From positions 1-64,000 of the forward strand of contig CBFFRQ010000068.1 in NCBI GenBank assembly GCA_965644315.1: 64,000 nt of DNA, read 5' to 3'. The translations under genes were made by a program, and so were the position numbers. Below the pieces are notes generated by a model. That model was not told the origin of the DNA. It made no database searches and saw only the letters and a program-made list of their open reading frames with translations. Below, in pieces: positions 41,023 through 53,377 of this stretch (the stretch's first letter is position 1; each line of letters starts with the position of its first letter). The DNA is from Caecitellus pseudoparvulus (Eukaryota; Protista; Bigyra: Bicosoecida).

Positions 41023-42714
41023 TCATCCGGCTTTTGCTTTGCGTGCACAGGCTAGGCGCAGGTGCGTCCGAATCCGCCGCCCCCACGGCCGCAGCAGCAG
41101 CCCCCCCAGGCAGACCCCCACCAGCGCAAGCACAAGCACGCCTGCCACGGCCGGCTGTGAGAGGTTCGCAGCTGCCCAGGCGGAGGTTGGGCAGGCCACA
41201 GAGAAGCGCTGGGAGGGCAGGGGTGCCGTGAGTGCCGCCCACAGCCTCTCCCCCGCGTGGGAGCTGGCAGAGGGGGGCAGGTCCACTGTGCCGGTGCAGC
41301 CAGCCTGCAGCGCCCCCTGCAGGTTCCACGTGGACATGCCCGGCACTGGGAAGGAGGGGGACAGCCAGCGCAAGCGCCCTGCCATGTGCATGGCAGCCGG
41401 CACGCTCTGGGGCAGGGGGTGCTGGCTGGTGTCGTTGGACATGCCGCCCGGCCCTGCCAGCTGCGACACGCGCCCCAGCAAGGGCAGGTGCACTGCCCCC
41501 CCCGCACAGCTAGCTTCCACCAGGTGGTCGTAGCAGTAGTTGTCGCAGGTGAGGCAGCCCCGGAAGCCGGGCCAGCGGGAGAGGCCAGCCCACGGCAGGG
41601 CGGCGTGGGACACAGTGACACGCAGTGCCCCCCCTCCCGCCCCCTCCACGACACTCTCCACGACACTGTCCACACCTGGCACACGCAACAGGCTGGCTGG
41701 GGTCGGCGCGTCTCGCAAGGAGGGCGGGGGGGGCGGGTCCCACACCGTGGAGGCCAGGAGCAGGTGCCCCAGGTGCTGCTGCCAGAAGGGCGCCGACACC
41801 CACCATGTCAGGGTCTTGAACACCAGGCGCGGCGTCACAGTGGCAGCCTCCGCCAGCCCCAGGCGGCTGGAGGCCGGCACCGCCAGCACATCTGCCCAGG
41901 TGTCCCACTCGCCCGACGCGATGCCGGGCCGCCACACAGGCAGCAGGCTGCCCACGTGCAGTCCCTGCTGGGCCATGAGCTGGGCGTGAGCCTGGGCTTG
42001 TTGAGTGGGCACGGTGTCGGCTGTGGCGGCTGCCAGGTGGCGCGTCAGGGCGGCGGGGGGTACGTGGGCGCGGCCCAGCTGGCCGGGGGGCGGCAGGTCC
42101 CCACACCACGACACGGCCGCGCGGGAAGTGTGGGAGGGGCCGCTGCCTCCCCTCCAACTGCCTGCGCTGTGCATGAGGCTGGTGGCCAGGTGCCGCCCTG
42201 CGTCGCTGGCCAGGACCACGTCATCCTCCAGCACAACTGCAGCAGCAGCGTCAGGGGGGGCCAGTGCGCAGGCCAAGCCTACGTACAGGTTGGCAGCCGA
42301 GTTGCGCTTGCCGTGCACGCGAGCGGCCAGGGTTTCGTCCAGGGCCGAGGCCAGGGCAGGTGGCGGCAGTGGTGCCACCTGCACGTGCCGCACGCTTCGG
42401 AAGACTTCGGCCAAGGCGGGCATGGCTTCAGACAGCCGGGCGGCGACGGCGGGCTCTTCGGGGCTTGCGAGAGACCCAAACACACTTTGAGTCACCACCA
42501 GGTGCAGGGTTGCCCCCGTCCCTCGTAGGGGGTCCAGCATGCCGTCCTGAGTGAGTTGTCGCAGCAGGCCAAGCAGGCGCTTCGGCCGGTTGTGCGTCAT
42601 GACCACCACAGACAATGCCTTGCCCTCCAGGTGCTGCTGGGGAGTCACACATTCTAACAATGTCAAGCTGCACAGGAGCACGAGCCACAGCGACGCCACG
42701 GCGGGGCGCAGCAT
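41023..42714 (-). CDS. GT-A fold glycosyltransferase-like protein with signal peptide and C-terminal TM
   Basis: MLRPAVASLWLVLLC signal; LSVVVMTHNRPKRLLGLL, VVLEDDVVL (DxD-like); C-terminal hydrophobic helix followed by a basic tail. Confidence 0.72.
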   Translation of the reverse strand: MLRPAVASLWLVLLCSLTLLECVTPQQHLEGKALSVVVMTHNRPKRLLGLLRQLTQDGMLDPLRGTGATLHLVVTQSVFGSLASPEEPAVAARLSEAMPALAEVFRSVRHVQVAPLPPPALASALDETLAARVHGKRNSAANLYVGLACALAPPDAAAAVVLEDDVVLASDAGRHLATSLMHSAGSWRGGSGPSHTSRAAVSWCGDLPPPGQLGRAHVPPAALTRHLAAATADTVPTQQAQAHAQLMAQQGLHVGSLLPVWRPGIASGEWDTWADVLAVPASSRLGLAEAATVTPRLVFKTLTWWVSAPFWQQHLGHLLLASTVWDPPPPPSLRDAPTPASLLRVPGVDSVVESVVEGAGGGALRVTVSHAALPWAGLSRWPGFRGCLTCDNYCYDHLVEASCAGGAVHLPLLGRVSQLAGPGGMSNDTSQHPLPQSVPAAMHMAGRLRWLSPSFPVPGMSTWNLQGALQAGCTGTVDLPPSASSHAGERLWAALTAPLPSQRFSVACPTSAWAAANLSQPAVAGVLVLALVGVCLGGLLLRPWGRRIRTHLRLACARKAKAG

Positions 42715-43179
42715 GGCTGTGTTGTGGGTTGGCAGCAGGCTCAATTTCCGCACAATCGCCCGCCGGCCCTCCTCCTCCAGGACGCAAAAGGACGCTCCAG
42801 CTGTGTTTGGGAACTGCAGCTAGAGATCCAAATTGATGGGGCTCGTGGGTTGAAAATTGTGCGGCAGCGATTCGTTTTGAGCGGCAGGCGTGCTTGTTGG
42901 CGTGTGTGGCTTGCCGGTTCTTGCTCAGCTCCCGAGGCAAGGGCCACGGCAGCTGCAAGACCCGCGCATGAAAAAATCCCCAGCCTTCAAATCCCCAGTC
43001 AGTCGCACCCCCCTGGCAGGCTGCCTCAGGGGCCGTACCCTGCCTGGCCTGTGCTGCGCAGGTGCCAGCGTCAGGAAGGCCCGGCGCCGCAGAGGACGTT
43101 TTGCAAGGCCTGGAACAGGGGGCTGCACTGTTGCAGTGCTGTCTAGCTGTGGCCATATGCTCTGTTTGTGTGGTTAGAC

Positions 43180-46100
43180 ATGCCTAAATTCAAGAAAGGC
43201 GCCACTGGCCGCCACAGCGAACCAGTGAGCCAGAACTGGCTTGCAGCGGAAATTGACGCACGGCACGCACACTCCGCATGCTCCGCCCCCTCAGGCCAAG
43301 CACCATGAGCGCGAGGTGCTGCTTGATATCAAAGATGACCTAGATACTCCGCTTGAATCCAGCCCTGGCGGGGAGTCCCCAGCTTCAGGTGCGTGTGTGG
43401 TGCCTGCCTGGCTTGCTCCAATGCTGATGCGCCACGGCCAGGTGTCACTTTCCCCGGCCTGCTGCCGCAGGTGACGATGCCAGTGCTGACTGCGACAGTG
43501 CCAGCGTCGTGCCGCGCTCTGGAGAGTCCTATGTGGAGTACCCTGCGTCTGACGAGCTGTCTCGCGAGTGGTACCGGGGGGAAATGGCCCGATCTAAGCC
43601 GCACGGGCACGGCACGCTCAAGTGGCGGGCTGGCAACTACGCACGCTTCGTGGGGTCCTTCCGGGCAGGGGACATGAAGGAAGGCACGCTGTACTTCGGC
43701 CCCGAGGGCAAGAGCAGGTACTCGGGCAGCCTGAAGGACAACCGGGCTGAGGGGCAGGGGCAGCTGGTGCCTCACGCTCTGGATGATGGGTTGCTGGCGC
43801 GGTATGACGGTGGGTGGGCGGGGGGGCTGAAGCAGGGCCCTGGCACGGCGCTGTTTCGCAATGGCGACCTGTACAGCGGGGACTGGGTGGGCAACAAGAT
43901 GTCTGGGCACGGCACGTACGTGTGGGCGGACGGCGTCACCTTCCAGGGCGACTTCCGCGAGGACGAGGTGCACGGCGCGGGCATGCTGGGCTTTCCCTCA
44001 GCCAGCACCGCAGCCAGCACTGCGCAGGGCCTGTGCCGAGCCCTGCACCCGACACAAGGTGCCTGCCAGCCCTGCACGGCGCTGGCCTGCTGCGGCCTCT
44101 GCTGCACGGCCCCACGCTCCGCCCTGCCGCCAAACTACGCCAGCACGCCGCTGCCTGTGCCGGGCTCCACTGCCCGTGTGTCGCCCGAGACCCTCATGGC
44201 GCACACCGCCTCCCGCCACCGCCGGGTGGTGCACGTCGCCGCCGTCTTCGAGCACTCCTTCCCCGCTGCCCTGCGCCAGGCCGCCAACTGGCTCTGCGCG
44301 CTGCTGGTCAGCCTGACCCTCCTGCACATGCTGCCGCACGTGGCAGAGGTGTTTCTCTTCGCGCCCCTGCCGCAGGGCGAGGCTGCCGCGCTCAGTGCGC
44401 CGTACACCCTGCTGCAGCATGTGCCCAGCGACACCATGCCCGTCGTGGACGGCATGCCCGCACTGCAGCCACGCCTCTTGCAGCTGGCCTTGCGCCAGGG
44501 ACAGGCCGAGCTGCTGCCGGCGGCGCTGGAGTGCCTGGCACCCCGCCCACCCAGCATGGAGGAGTGGCTGGCTGGCGCCGTGCCGCCGTGTCCACCAGTC
44601 TTGCCCACCACCGACGCCGGTGTGCTGGCCATGCCGGCTGCCATGCTGCCGCCCATCGTGCACGCAGCCTCCAGCCACCGCCTGGCCAGCATCCTGGCAG
44701 ACCCCGCCCCCCCCACGCCCACCTTCAGCAGCCTAAACGCCTCCATGCTGGACGAGGTGGCGCGCCTCTCCGCTGCCTCCGTGTACGCCTCTGCAGTGGA
44801 CAGCTGGCTGCAAGAAGGCGGGGTGCCAGACCTGGCCCACCTGCCCCCCTCCGCCCAGTGGCGCATCCCCTTCACCAACGCCAGCGTCACGGCACTGCCC
44901 TGCCCACCCGGCTGCGACACTGACGTGCAGCCGGATGGGGCGCCTGCCAGGGTGGCGGGGCAGACCGATGGGCCCCAGGCGCAGTGGTATGCGGGGGGGC
45001 GCTTCGTGTGCCGGTGCTCGTTCCTGGCACCCCTGCGCCTGGCACGCCTGCCCCTGGCCCTCATGCCCGTGGCCATCTCCCAAGCCAGAGACAACGGCAC
45101 TTCCCCGCTGGCAGACAGCATTAGGCAGGTCTTGCGGGGGTGGGGCCCCGCCCTGGGGCAACTCATGGCAGGGTCCCCCCCCCACCCCCATGGCGGCACG
45201 TGGCATGCCTGGGCACGGGCGGTGCATGCGCGCTTGCATGGCCAGCTCGCCTCCACCGCCTCCGTCCTTGGCTGGACGTCCACCCGGCGGGGGGGAGCGG
45301 CTGACGCCTGCCGCAGTGCCCGCTTGGCAGCCAGCCTGCCAGCCTTCTCCTTGCCGGGGGACGGCGTGGCTGCCGAGTTAGCGGGCCTGCTGACCAACCC
45401 TGCCTACTGGATGACGCCGTGGAGCTGGTACCAAACCCTGGAGCGGGCGGTGGCGAAGGTGGAGAATGTGGCACTGGGGCAGTCAGGGCTCTCTGCCGTG
45501 CGCCTGAGGGGGCTGTGGGGGCAGGGGCAGCCCACGCTGGGGGGTGCCGTGCGCGGCGGCATCGGCGCTGGGCAAGCTTGGAGCCACGTGGGGGTGAACG
45601 GCTTCGGCGCTGACCTGCAGCTGTCCATGACGGATGCTGTGCTCATGCTGCAGCAGGTGCAGTGGCTGCAGCACCGCTTTGACGTGTCGGCGGCGGCGCC
45701 GGCCACCTGCCCGGGCGATGGCTCCCCTCTGCCCCCCCTCCCGCACTGGCCGCAGCCGGCGGAGCACCAGCCCGCCAGCAGCGCCAGCGACGTGCAGGAC
45801 CTGGCCGCTGTCACCGCTCTGCCACAGCAGTACCCCAGCGTCGTGAACGGCTCCGATCCCAACGCCTCCGCCATCACCTCCGTGCTCACCCTGTACCTGC
45901 GCCTGCACCTGAAGCGGCAGCTGCACTACCTGCGCATGGGCATGCTGGCCCTCTTCGTGCTGACGGGGGATGTGGAGGACGGCGTCGCGACGCTGCTGTG
46001 GCCCCTCCTGTGCTGGCTCATGTACGTGCTGCCACTTGGCCGCAGGCTGTCGCCGCCTCAGCCAGGGCCCTGGCGCGGCGACCAGGTGCTCGTGGTGGGG

Positions 46101-46319
46101 CAAACTACATTCTCCCTTGTCGTGGCTTTGACTACAGTGCTAGGGCTGACTATCGCAGTGCTGCTGGCGCTGTGGCTGCCGGAGCTGGCTGCTGAGTGCT
46201 TGCGTGTCGTGGTCATGCAGGGGGCCCATGTGGCATCCCTGGCCCCGCCGCCTGCACCGCACCAGCCCTTGGCGGCGGCTGAGGTGGGTGTCGCGGGGGT
46301 CACAAGCCCCCTGACATGA
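43180..46319 (+). CDS. MORN-repeat membrane protein (5' exons approximate)
   Basis: YRGEM..KPHGHGTL, YSGSLKDNRAEGQG, YDGGWAGGLKQGPG, YSGDWVGNKMSGHGTYVWADG, FQGDFREDEVHGAG; several later TM segments. Confidence 0.8.
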
Positions 46320-46494
46320 GCCCACCGCGGCCTGGCGCGCACAGGGCCAGTCCAAATTCCACCTCAAGCACGCAAGATCGTGCTGTTTCCTCTCGTCAAA
46401 TGCAGAACCACTCTCTGCGCACGGCTGCAGGGCGAGCACCCCCCGGTTCTGCACCCGCTTGCCTGGAACTTTCCGCTCCACACCGACAACCACG

Positions 46495-48146
46495 ATGTGC
46501 CTCGGCCTGGGCCTCATGGGGGCGGCAGGCTCCGCTGCATGTTGTGGAGTGAGCAGCCTCATGGCATGCTGCTGCGGCTCCTGCTGTGCAAAGGGGGGAG
46601 GCGCGCCCCCCAGCATGAAGGTGGCCAAGGCGTTTTACTTCGGCCAGCTTGTGCTGGCGGCGGTGGCTGCTCTCATCCTGGGGGAGTACGGCGGGCAAGC
46701 TTCGTGGCTGCACACAGCAGCTTCCTTCACAGGGGTCTGTGCAGCAGGAGATGATGGCTGTTTCGGCAACAGCCTCGTGTTCAGGGTGCGCCGCGGCACG
46801 CACGACAGCAGCCGTGCCTGGCTCCACCCTGCCACGCCGAACCCCTCGCAGGTTTCATTCGGCACTGCCATGTACTTCTTGGCCATGCTGGCCTTCAGCT
46901 TCGCAGGCAAGGAAGCATACACGGGCTACTGGGGGCTGAAGATCGTGCTCCACGCCGCCCTCTGCGTTGGCGCGCTGTTTATCGAAGCAGGTGCGTGAGG
47001 CACCCTGCGCTGCACTGGCTCACCACCTGCACCCCGCCCTGGCCGCGCCACACAGAGGTGTTCAACACTTGGGCGTCCATCTCTGCCGGGGCCAGTGTGT
47101 TGTTCCTCCTGCTCATGGTGGTCGTCCTGCTGGACTTCGCGTACACTGTGCATGAGGGCTTGGTGCTGCGCATGGAGGCGGAGGAGGAGGCGGCTGCCAC
47201 CGCTGCAGAGTGGGGCGCAGACGCCGAGCAGTCCTCTGGCTGCTGTAGCTGCTGCGCTGGTAAGTCCTGCTGGAAGCCCCTGTACCTGTCCGTTGTGCTG
47301 GTGCTGTGGTTCGGCTCCCTGGCCACACTGGGGTGGCTGTACGCTTACTCCCACAACCAGCGGGAAGTGTACTGTGGCTGGAACTTGGGCGTGCTGTCCA
47401 TCACCCTCGTCAGTGGCGTCGTGTACACGGTCCTGTCCGTGACGACGTGCCTGTCTCGAGACGGCACGCCCAAGGGCCTGCTGCCTGCTGCAATCATCTT
47501 CACCTACACCACCTACCTCACCTGGACCGCCATCCACTCCTCGCCCAAGGAACAGTGCGACCCCCTGCACGGCGCCGACAAGGACGCCAGTGCCGCCGCG
47601 GGCATCATCATCACTGGGCTGACCCTGGGATGGACCGCCTTCTCCGCGACGTCCAGCCTGCCCTCTGCCTTCGACACGCCCCCTCCCGCGGAGAGCGACG
47701 CCCCCGCCGTGGGCAGGTCAGGCGCAGGCCACCCCAAGGCTGCAGCGGCAGAGGAGGACTTGACCACCCCTGCCATGCCAGCGCACGGTGCCACTGCTGC
47801 GCCCGCACCAGCATCCGAGTCAGGCCTGCTGGAGGGCAGCGACTCCTCTGCCGGCGTCGGGGACCGTGTGTCCAGCACAGCGTACGGCGGGCAGGAGCCT
47901 GAGGGACAGCGGGTGGCGGCACCGTGGGCCTTCCACATCGTCATGATCCTCGCCTCCACTTACATGGCCATGCTGCTGACAAACTGGACGCTGGACGCTG
48001 CGCGCACTGCTAGCCGGCACACTGCTGGCAACTTCTTCGTGAACGCAGCGGCGTGTTGGGCCACCATCTTGCTGTACGGCTGGACCCTCATTGCCGAGGT
48101 GGCTTGCCCTGGCCGAGACTTCAAACCAGCACGCTCCCAAATTTAA
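46495..48146 (+). CDS. SERINC: Serine incorporator (SERINC/TMS) family membrane protein
   Basis: Cys-rich N-terminus, VFRV|SF, GYWGLK, VVLLDFAY, GLLPAAIIFTYTTYLTWTA, FHIVMILASTYMAMLLTNW, LYGWTLIA..CPGRDF. Confidence 0.92.
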
Positions 48147-48331
48147 ACTCCAATGCATGTCCGCCTCTGCCTGCACTGAACCTCCCTGCCCTGCCCACTG
48201 GGGCCTTGCAACAACAAGTGTTGCTTGACCCGCGCGCACACCTGCACTTGCCGGCGTGCCGCCTGCGTCCAGAGCCCACGCTGGTTTCCAGGGCGATCCC
48301 CTTCATCCCAAATACACCAACCAGCGAGAAT

Positions 48332-50147
48332 ATGGCTCATGGGGGCAACATTTTCGAGCGGCTGACAGACCCCGCGTTGTACACAGGTTGGTGCAGCGCC
48401 CGGCGTTTCTGCGCGCGTGCCTGTGCACTTTGCACGCCCTGCGCCCCCCCCCCCCCCGGTGCAGGCGTGTACGCAGAGCGCTTCCGGTCTGGTCCTGGCA
48501 TCAATCAGTTCAGCGACAAGCCAGCATTTGGCGGGTGAGAGCTGGAGGCATGGCGGCGCGCTGGCAGCTGCGCACGTGTGCAACGACATCAAATTCCGCA
48601 CCTGCCCCTGCGCAGTGCGAGCGAATTCCAAGGCCACACCAACACGAACAGCGACACTCGCATCCGAGACATAAGCCAGATCATGAGGCCTCACCTCCAC
48701 GTCAGGTGTGTGGCACTTCCGTGCCTCCCTGCCTGGAACGCCGCTTCCACGGTGACTCACCTTCCTTCCATTCGCAGCGACGCAGAGCGCAGCAGGGTGA
48801 GGCTACACCCCGCGCATGCGAACCACACCGCCGCCTTCCAGGCACGAACCCGCATCCCCTGCTCTCCTTTCACAGCACGCTGCCGTCACCCGCAAGGTGC
48901 AGGCGCACGCACAGCGATCGGGAAGCAGCTCACAGCTCGGCAGCCCTGCAGCACCCTCTGCCACCTTCCCCATTGACACCAACGCCCAACTGCAGCTTGT
49001 GTTCCAGTACTACTGCCGCTTCGGCCGCACTGGCGGGCATTCTGGGGAAGACACCATGGACAATGTGAACTGGGCGAAGTTCGCGCGGGAGTGCCCCGGC
49101 CTGGTGGACCGGCGCCTGGACCGCACGGAGGTGGACCTCATCTTCACCAAGGTCAAGACGCGAGGCAAGCGCCGCATCACGTACTCCCAGTGGCTGGACG
49201 CCTTGTCGGCCATGGCTGCCGTCAAGTTCCCCCGGGAGGACCCCGCCACTGCCTTTTCCCTGCTCCTCTCGCGCTTCGTCTTCAACTGCCCCGCGTCCCA
49301 GGGCGTGGGGGCCCTGGCTCGTGCCGGACAGCTGGACCTGCATGCCATGACAGCTGGGGAGGGTCCTGCAGCCACACTCGCCCCTACCCCAGCCTACACA
49401 CACACGGGGCCACTGCAGTCCCCGCCTGCCCCAACCCCCTATGCCGCCCATGCAGGGGCCTATGCAGCCACGCCCCGGCGGGAGGAGACGCCCAGCGCCA
49501 CATTCGTGCCGTCGGCTGGAGAGGCCCCGGAACTGGGCCCTCCTCCACCTGGTGCCGCCACGCCTGGGGCGACTCGCTACCCGCCACACCAAGCCCCTAT
49601 GACGCCGGGCACCGCGGCGGCAGCGCAGTACACGACGGCGTCTGCCGCCCACGCCAGCCGCCAGGCGGCAGCCGCTGCCCAAGGGTACTACACTGGTGAC
49701 CCGCACACTGCCATGCTGGAGGCAGCAATGGCTGGCGGGGAGGGGCACATGCAGCCCCGCCCCACATCGGCGCGCACTCCCGGCACCCGTCGTAGCTCAC
49801 GGCAAGAGGAGGCCTGGGGCAGCGGCCATTCCCGGCCCTCTTCGGCTCGCAAATCGACCATTCGCACGCCAGTGCAGTACGGTACCCGTCGATACCGCCC
49901 GACAGTGGCAGGGGAGAGCAACAAGGCAGGCGGAGTGTACGACCGCCTCTCATCGCCGTCCTCCTTCACCGGCGTCTACCGCCGGGCGTACATGTCTGAC
50001 GGCCGCATGAACGCGTTTTCAGAGTCGGGAGTGTCCGCCATGGGCTCCAAGTACGCGGGCAGCACGAACACGGGCAGCGACGAGACCATCCACGACATCA
50101 AGCACCTGCTGCGCCCCAACCTCAAGTCAGGCAAGACGTTCAAATAG
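48332..50147 (+). CDS. Multidomain TPPP/p25alpha-family microtubule-binding protein (multi-exon)
   Basis: Central MDNVNWAKFAREC..LVD..LDRTEVDLIFTKVK..RITYSQWLDAL; N-terminal GNIFERLTDPALYTG|VYAERF..FQGHTNTNSD and C-terminal GGVYDRLSSPSSFTGVYRR..YAGSTNTGSD partial p25alpha units. Confidence 0.85.
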
Positions 50148-50190
50148 CCGACAGCAGCAAGCAATGCAAGGCTACTGGGGGCGCGTGCAT

Positions 50191-51149
50191 TCACATGAAG
50201 TCGTCGTACTCAGCCCCCAGGCCGGAGCTGCCCTGCACCCCCTCCGCCATGAGGTCGTCCGTCGTCTCCACGCGGGCGAAGGCCTTGGCCTTCTTGCCCT
50301 TCTTGCCCTTCTTGCCCTTGGGCTTGGCCGCCGACAGCTTGGAGTTCTTGGCGGTGTTCAGGATGGCAATGATGTCTGCCAGGTCATCCACCGTCATGTG
50401 CTCCTTGACGGCGTACAGGAAGGACTTCACGAACTTCAGGCCGTTCAGGCGGGAGCGGCCAGAGTACAGCTCCGTGGCCATAGCGTCGGCGATGGTGTCG
50501 TGCTGCGCCGCCACCTTCAGCGGCAGCAGGCCCACCTGCCCAGCCACGTCGTCCGTCGCCACCCCCGGCTGCACAGCCTCGTCGTCGCCCAGGCCGAAGG
50601 TGTCCTCCGCGATCTGCAGGTCGGCCTGCTTCTGGATACGCTCCAGGCGCAGGCGCTCCTCGGCGGGGTCGTCGCTGGGCTCGCCGTGGGCAGCTTGCGC
50701 ACGCGCGAGGGCCTCGTCCTTGGCCTTCTCCTTGGCAGCAGCCTCTGCCAGAGCGGCCTTCTTCAGCTGTGCTCAGGAAGGGGAGCAGGGGGTGTGCGGA
50801 GGCGGCGCCCAGTTCCAACTGCAGCCTGCCACACGCACGTGCTTCTCCTTCACAACCACGGGGGCGGCTGGGGCAGCGGCCTTGGGCGCAACCTCTTCCG
50901 TCGCCTCGGCGTCTTCGTCCTCCCAGTCCCCGGCAGAGCCGAGCGCAGCTGTGGACTCCCTGTGCATAAGGCGGGCGTGCCACTGTGTGCAGCACATGCG
51001 GGCGGACGCCACCGAACACCGCAAGGGCCACTCACGTGACGGGCACGGCCACGTCGAAATCATCGTCGTCTGAGAAGGTGGCACATAGCTCAAGGTGAAG
51101 GGGGGGTGACGCCTGGCGCCAGGCACAGACAGAACACACCCCAGTTCAT
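50191..51149 (-). CDS. EIF3J: Eukaryotic translation initiation factor 3 subunit J (multi-exon)
   Basis: MNW|DDDDFD, DWEDED, DPAEERLRLERIQKQADLQIAEDTFG, KGKKGKKGKK, terminal EYDDFM. Confidence 0.88.
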
Positions 51150-51611
51150 GGTGGCAGGTACTCGCGTTTCAGCAGCAATGAAACGCGCTCAACAATGTGC
51201 TGCCCAGAGTCTGGGGAAGCAGGGACAGCTTCAGGCGGTGGTGCGTGGGAGTACAATGCCCGAATCTGGGGCGAAGGTGCATTGAGTGGCAGTGGAAAGT
51301 GGTCAGCGGCGGTCTCCGTTCACTGTGCAGCGACTGCCTCCCAAGCACAGCCCAGTGCCTCGCACAGCCCAGCGCAGCCCACGCACTCGCCGCCCGCACG
51401 ACACAGTAAAAGTCACTTTTGTGCCTGCTCTAATGCGCCCTACTCCCGCGCTCTCTTCCCTGCGCCCCTTCCCCCTGCACCGCTGATTCCAGCGCAAATC
51501 ACAGCTTCGCCGTGCGTGCTGCCGCATCGGAATTACGCCGCCGGTGGGCCCCACTTCCCGACTGCTTCTCTTCACGACCCGCGGCCTCGCTTTGCAGACC
51601 GCTGAGCAACA

Positions 51612-53099
51612 ATGAAGGCTGTCCGCACCATTTCTCTGGCGGCGGCTCGTGCCGTTTCTGGCCGCTCAGCCATGGTTGCCCGACAGGTGCGGTCTTTGAC
51701 GCTGGCTCTGCCCCCGCCCCTCCGTGCGGCACGCCTTGCCTTGCCTTGCTCAGATTGGTGCCACGGGAGCGTTCATGAATGTGATGGCCCCCGCTGCTGC
51801 CTCCGCTATCCCTCAGTGCGTGGCGCTGCGCCTCCCCTGCCACATCTGCGTCGCCCACACCGGCTCCACCCAACCATTCCGTGCCCAGGCTGTCCCACGT
51901 TCGCGCCTTCAGCTCTGGTACGGCAAGCTGTGTTCTGGGCAGCAGGCCCCGCACAATGAAGCACTGCGCCCCCCGCTCTTGTCACAGAGGCCAAGACCAT
52001 GCTGCTGAGTGGCATGGGCGAGAGCATTTCTGAGGGCACTGTCGCCCAGTGGCTGAAGCAGCCTGGAGACTGGGTGGATGAGGACGAGGCCATCGTGGTC
52101 ATGGACACGGACAAGGTCGCAGTGGAACTGCGGGCAGAGTTCTCTGGCTTCATCCAGGAGCACCTGGTGCAGGCTGACGACACTGTAGAAGTGGGCGCCC
52201 CCATCGTCACCATCGTGCCGGGGGAGAAGCCTGCCGACGCTGGCTCCTCCGCTCCCGCCCCTGCTCCCGCCCCTGCTGCGGAGAGTGAAGCAGCACCTGC
52301 CCCTGCCTCGGCACCCACGCCTGCGCCCACCCCAGCGCCCGCGCCAGCGCCGACCCCCGCCCCGGCCCCCGCTGCCGGCTCCACGCCCGCTCCCGCTGAG
52401 CGATCTGAGGAGCGCGTGAAGATGAGCCGCATGCGCCAGCGCATCGCCGCCCGCCTGAAGGACGCCCAGAACACCAACGCCATGCTGACAACCTTCCAGG
52501 AGGTGGACATGTCCGCCCTCATCAACCTGCGCAAGAAGTACAAAGACGCCTTCGCCGACGCACACGGCGTGAAGCTGGGCTTCATGTCCGCCTTCATCAA
52601 GGCCTCTGCCCTGGCCCTGCAGGAGATCCCCGCAGTGAACGCCGTGGTGGACGGCGGGGACATCGTCTACCGCAACTACGTGGACGTCTCTGTGGCAGTG
52701 GCGTCCCCTCGAGGCCTGGTGGTGCCCGTCGTCCGCGACGTGCAAGACAAGGGCTTCGCGGACATCGAGGGCACACTGGCAGACCTCGCCTCCAAGGCGC
52801 GCTCTGACGCCATCACCATGGAGGACATGGCCGGCGGCACCTTCACCATCTCCAATGGCGGCGTGTTCGGCAGCATGATGGGCACGCCCATCATCAACCC
52901 GCCCCAGTCTGCCATCCTGGGCATGCACGCCACCAAGATGCGCCCCGTCGTCGTGGACGGCGAGATCACCATGCGCCCTGTCATGTACCTGGCGCTCACC
53001 TACGACCACCGCCTCATCGACGGCCGTGAGGCTGTCACCTTCCTGTGCAGCATCCGGGACAAGGTGGAGGACCCCTCCCGCATGCTGCTGGGCCTGTGA
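51612..53099 (+). CDS. DLST: Dihydrolipoamide succinyltransferase (2-oxoglutarate dehydrogenase E2), mitochondrial
   Basis: Presequence at 51612; lipoyl domain MGESISEGTV..DTDKV; PA linker; VKMSRMRQRIAARLKDAQNT, GGTFTISNGGVFGS, YDHRLIDGREAV. Confidence 0.96.
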
Positions 53100-53377
53100 G
53101 CCCCTCCCGCCCTCGCCACAATGCACCCAAACCGGCACAATGCCACAGCATATCAGTGCTAGGCAGCCAAACATTGCTTGACGGAAGCCCAGCGCCGCAC
53201 GGGACGCGCGCTCTAGTGCCCGGTGGAGCACCACAACGCGGCGGCATTTGGCACTCTCACACCTCGATCCCGAGCAGCAGACTTCCACCCCTGAAGAAGT
53301 GGGGAAGGCCACCGGGAGTGAAGAACTTGCTGTGAGGGTGCAGCAGTTTTTCCCCTCTACCTTCCTTCGTCACCAAC

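Noticed and set aside
46495-48146. SERINC as part of an antiviral island with Schlafen
   Set aside because: SERINC is a pan-eukaryotic housekeeping family lying 25 kb away; no sequence evidence for a functional link.
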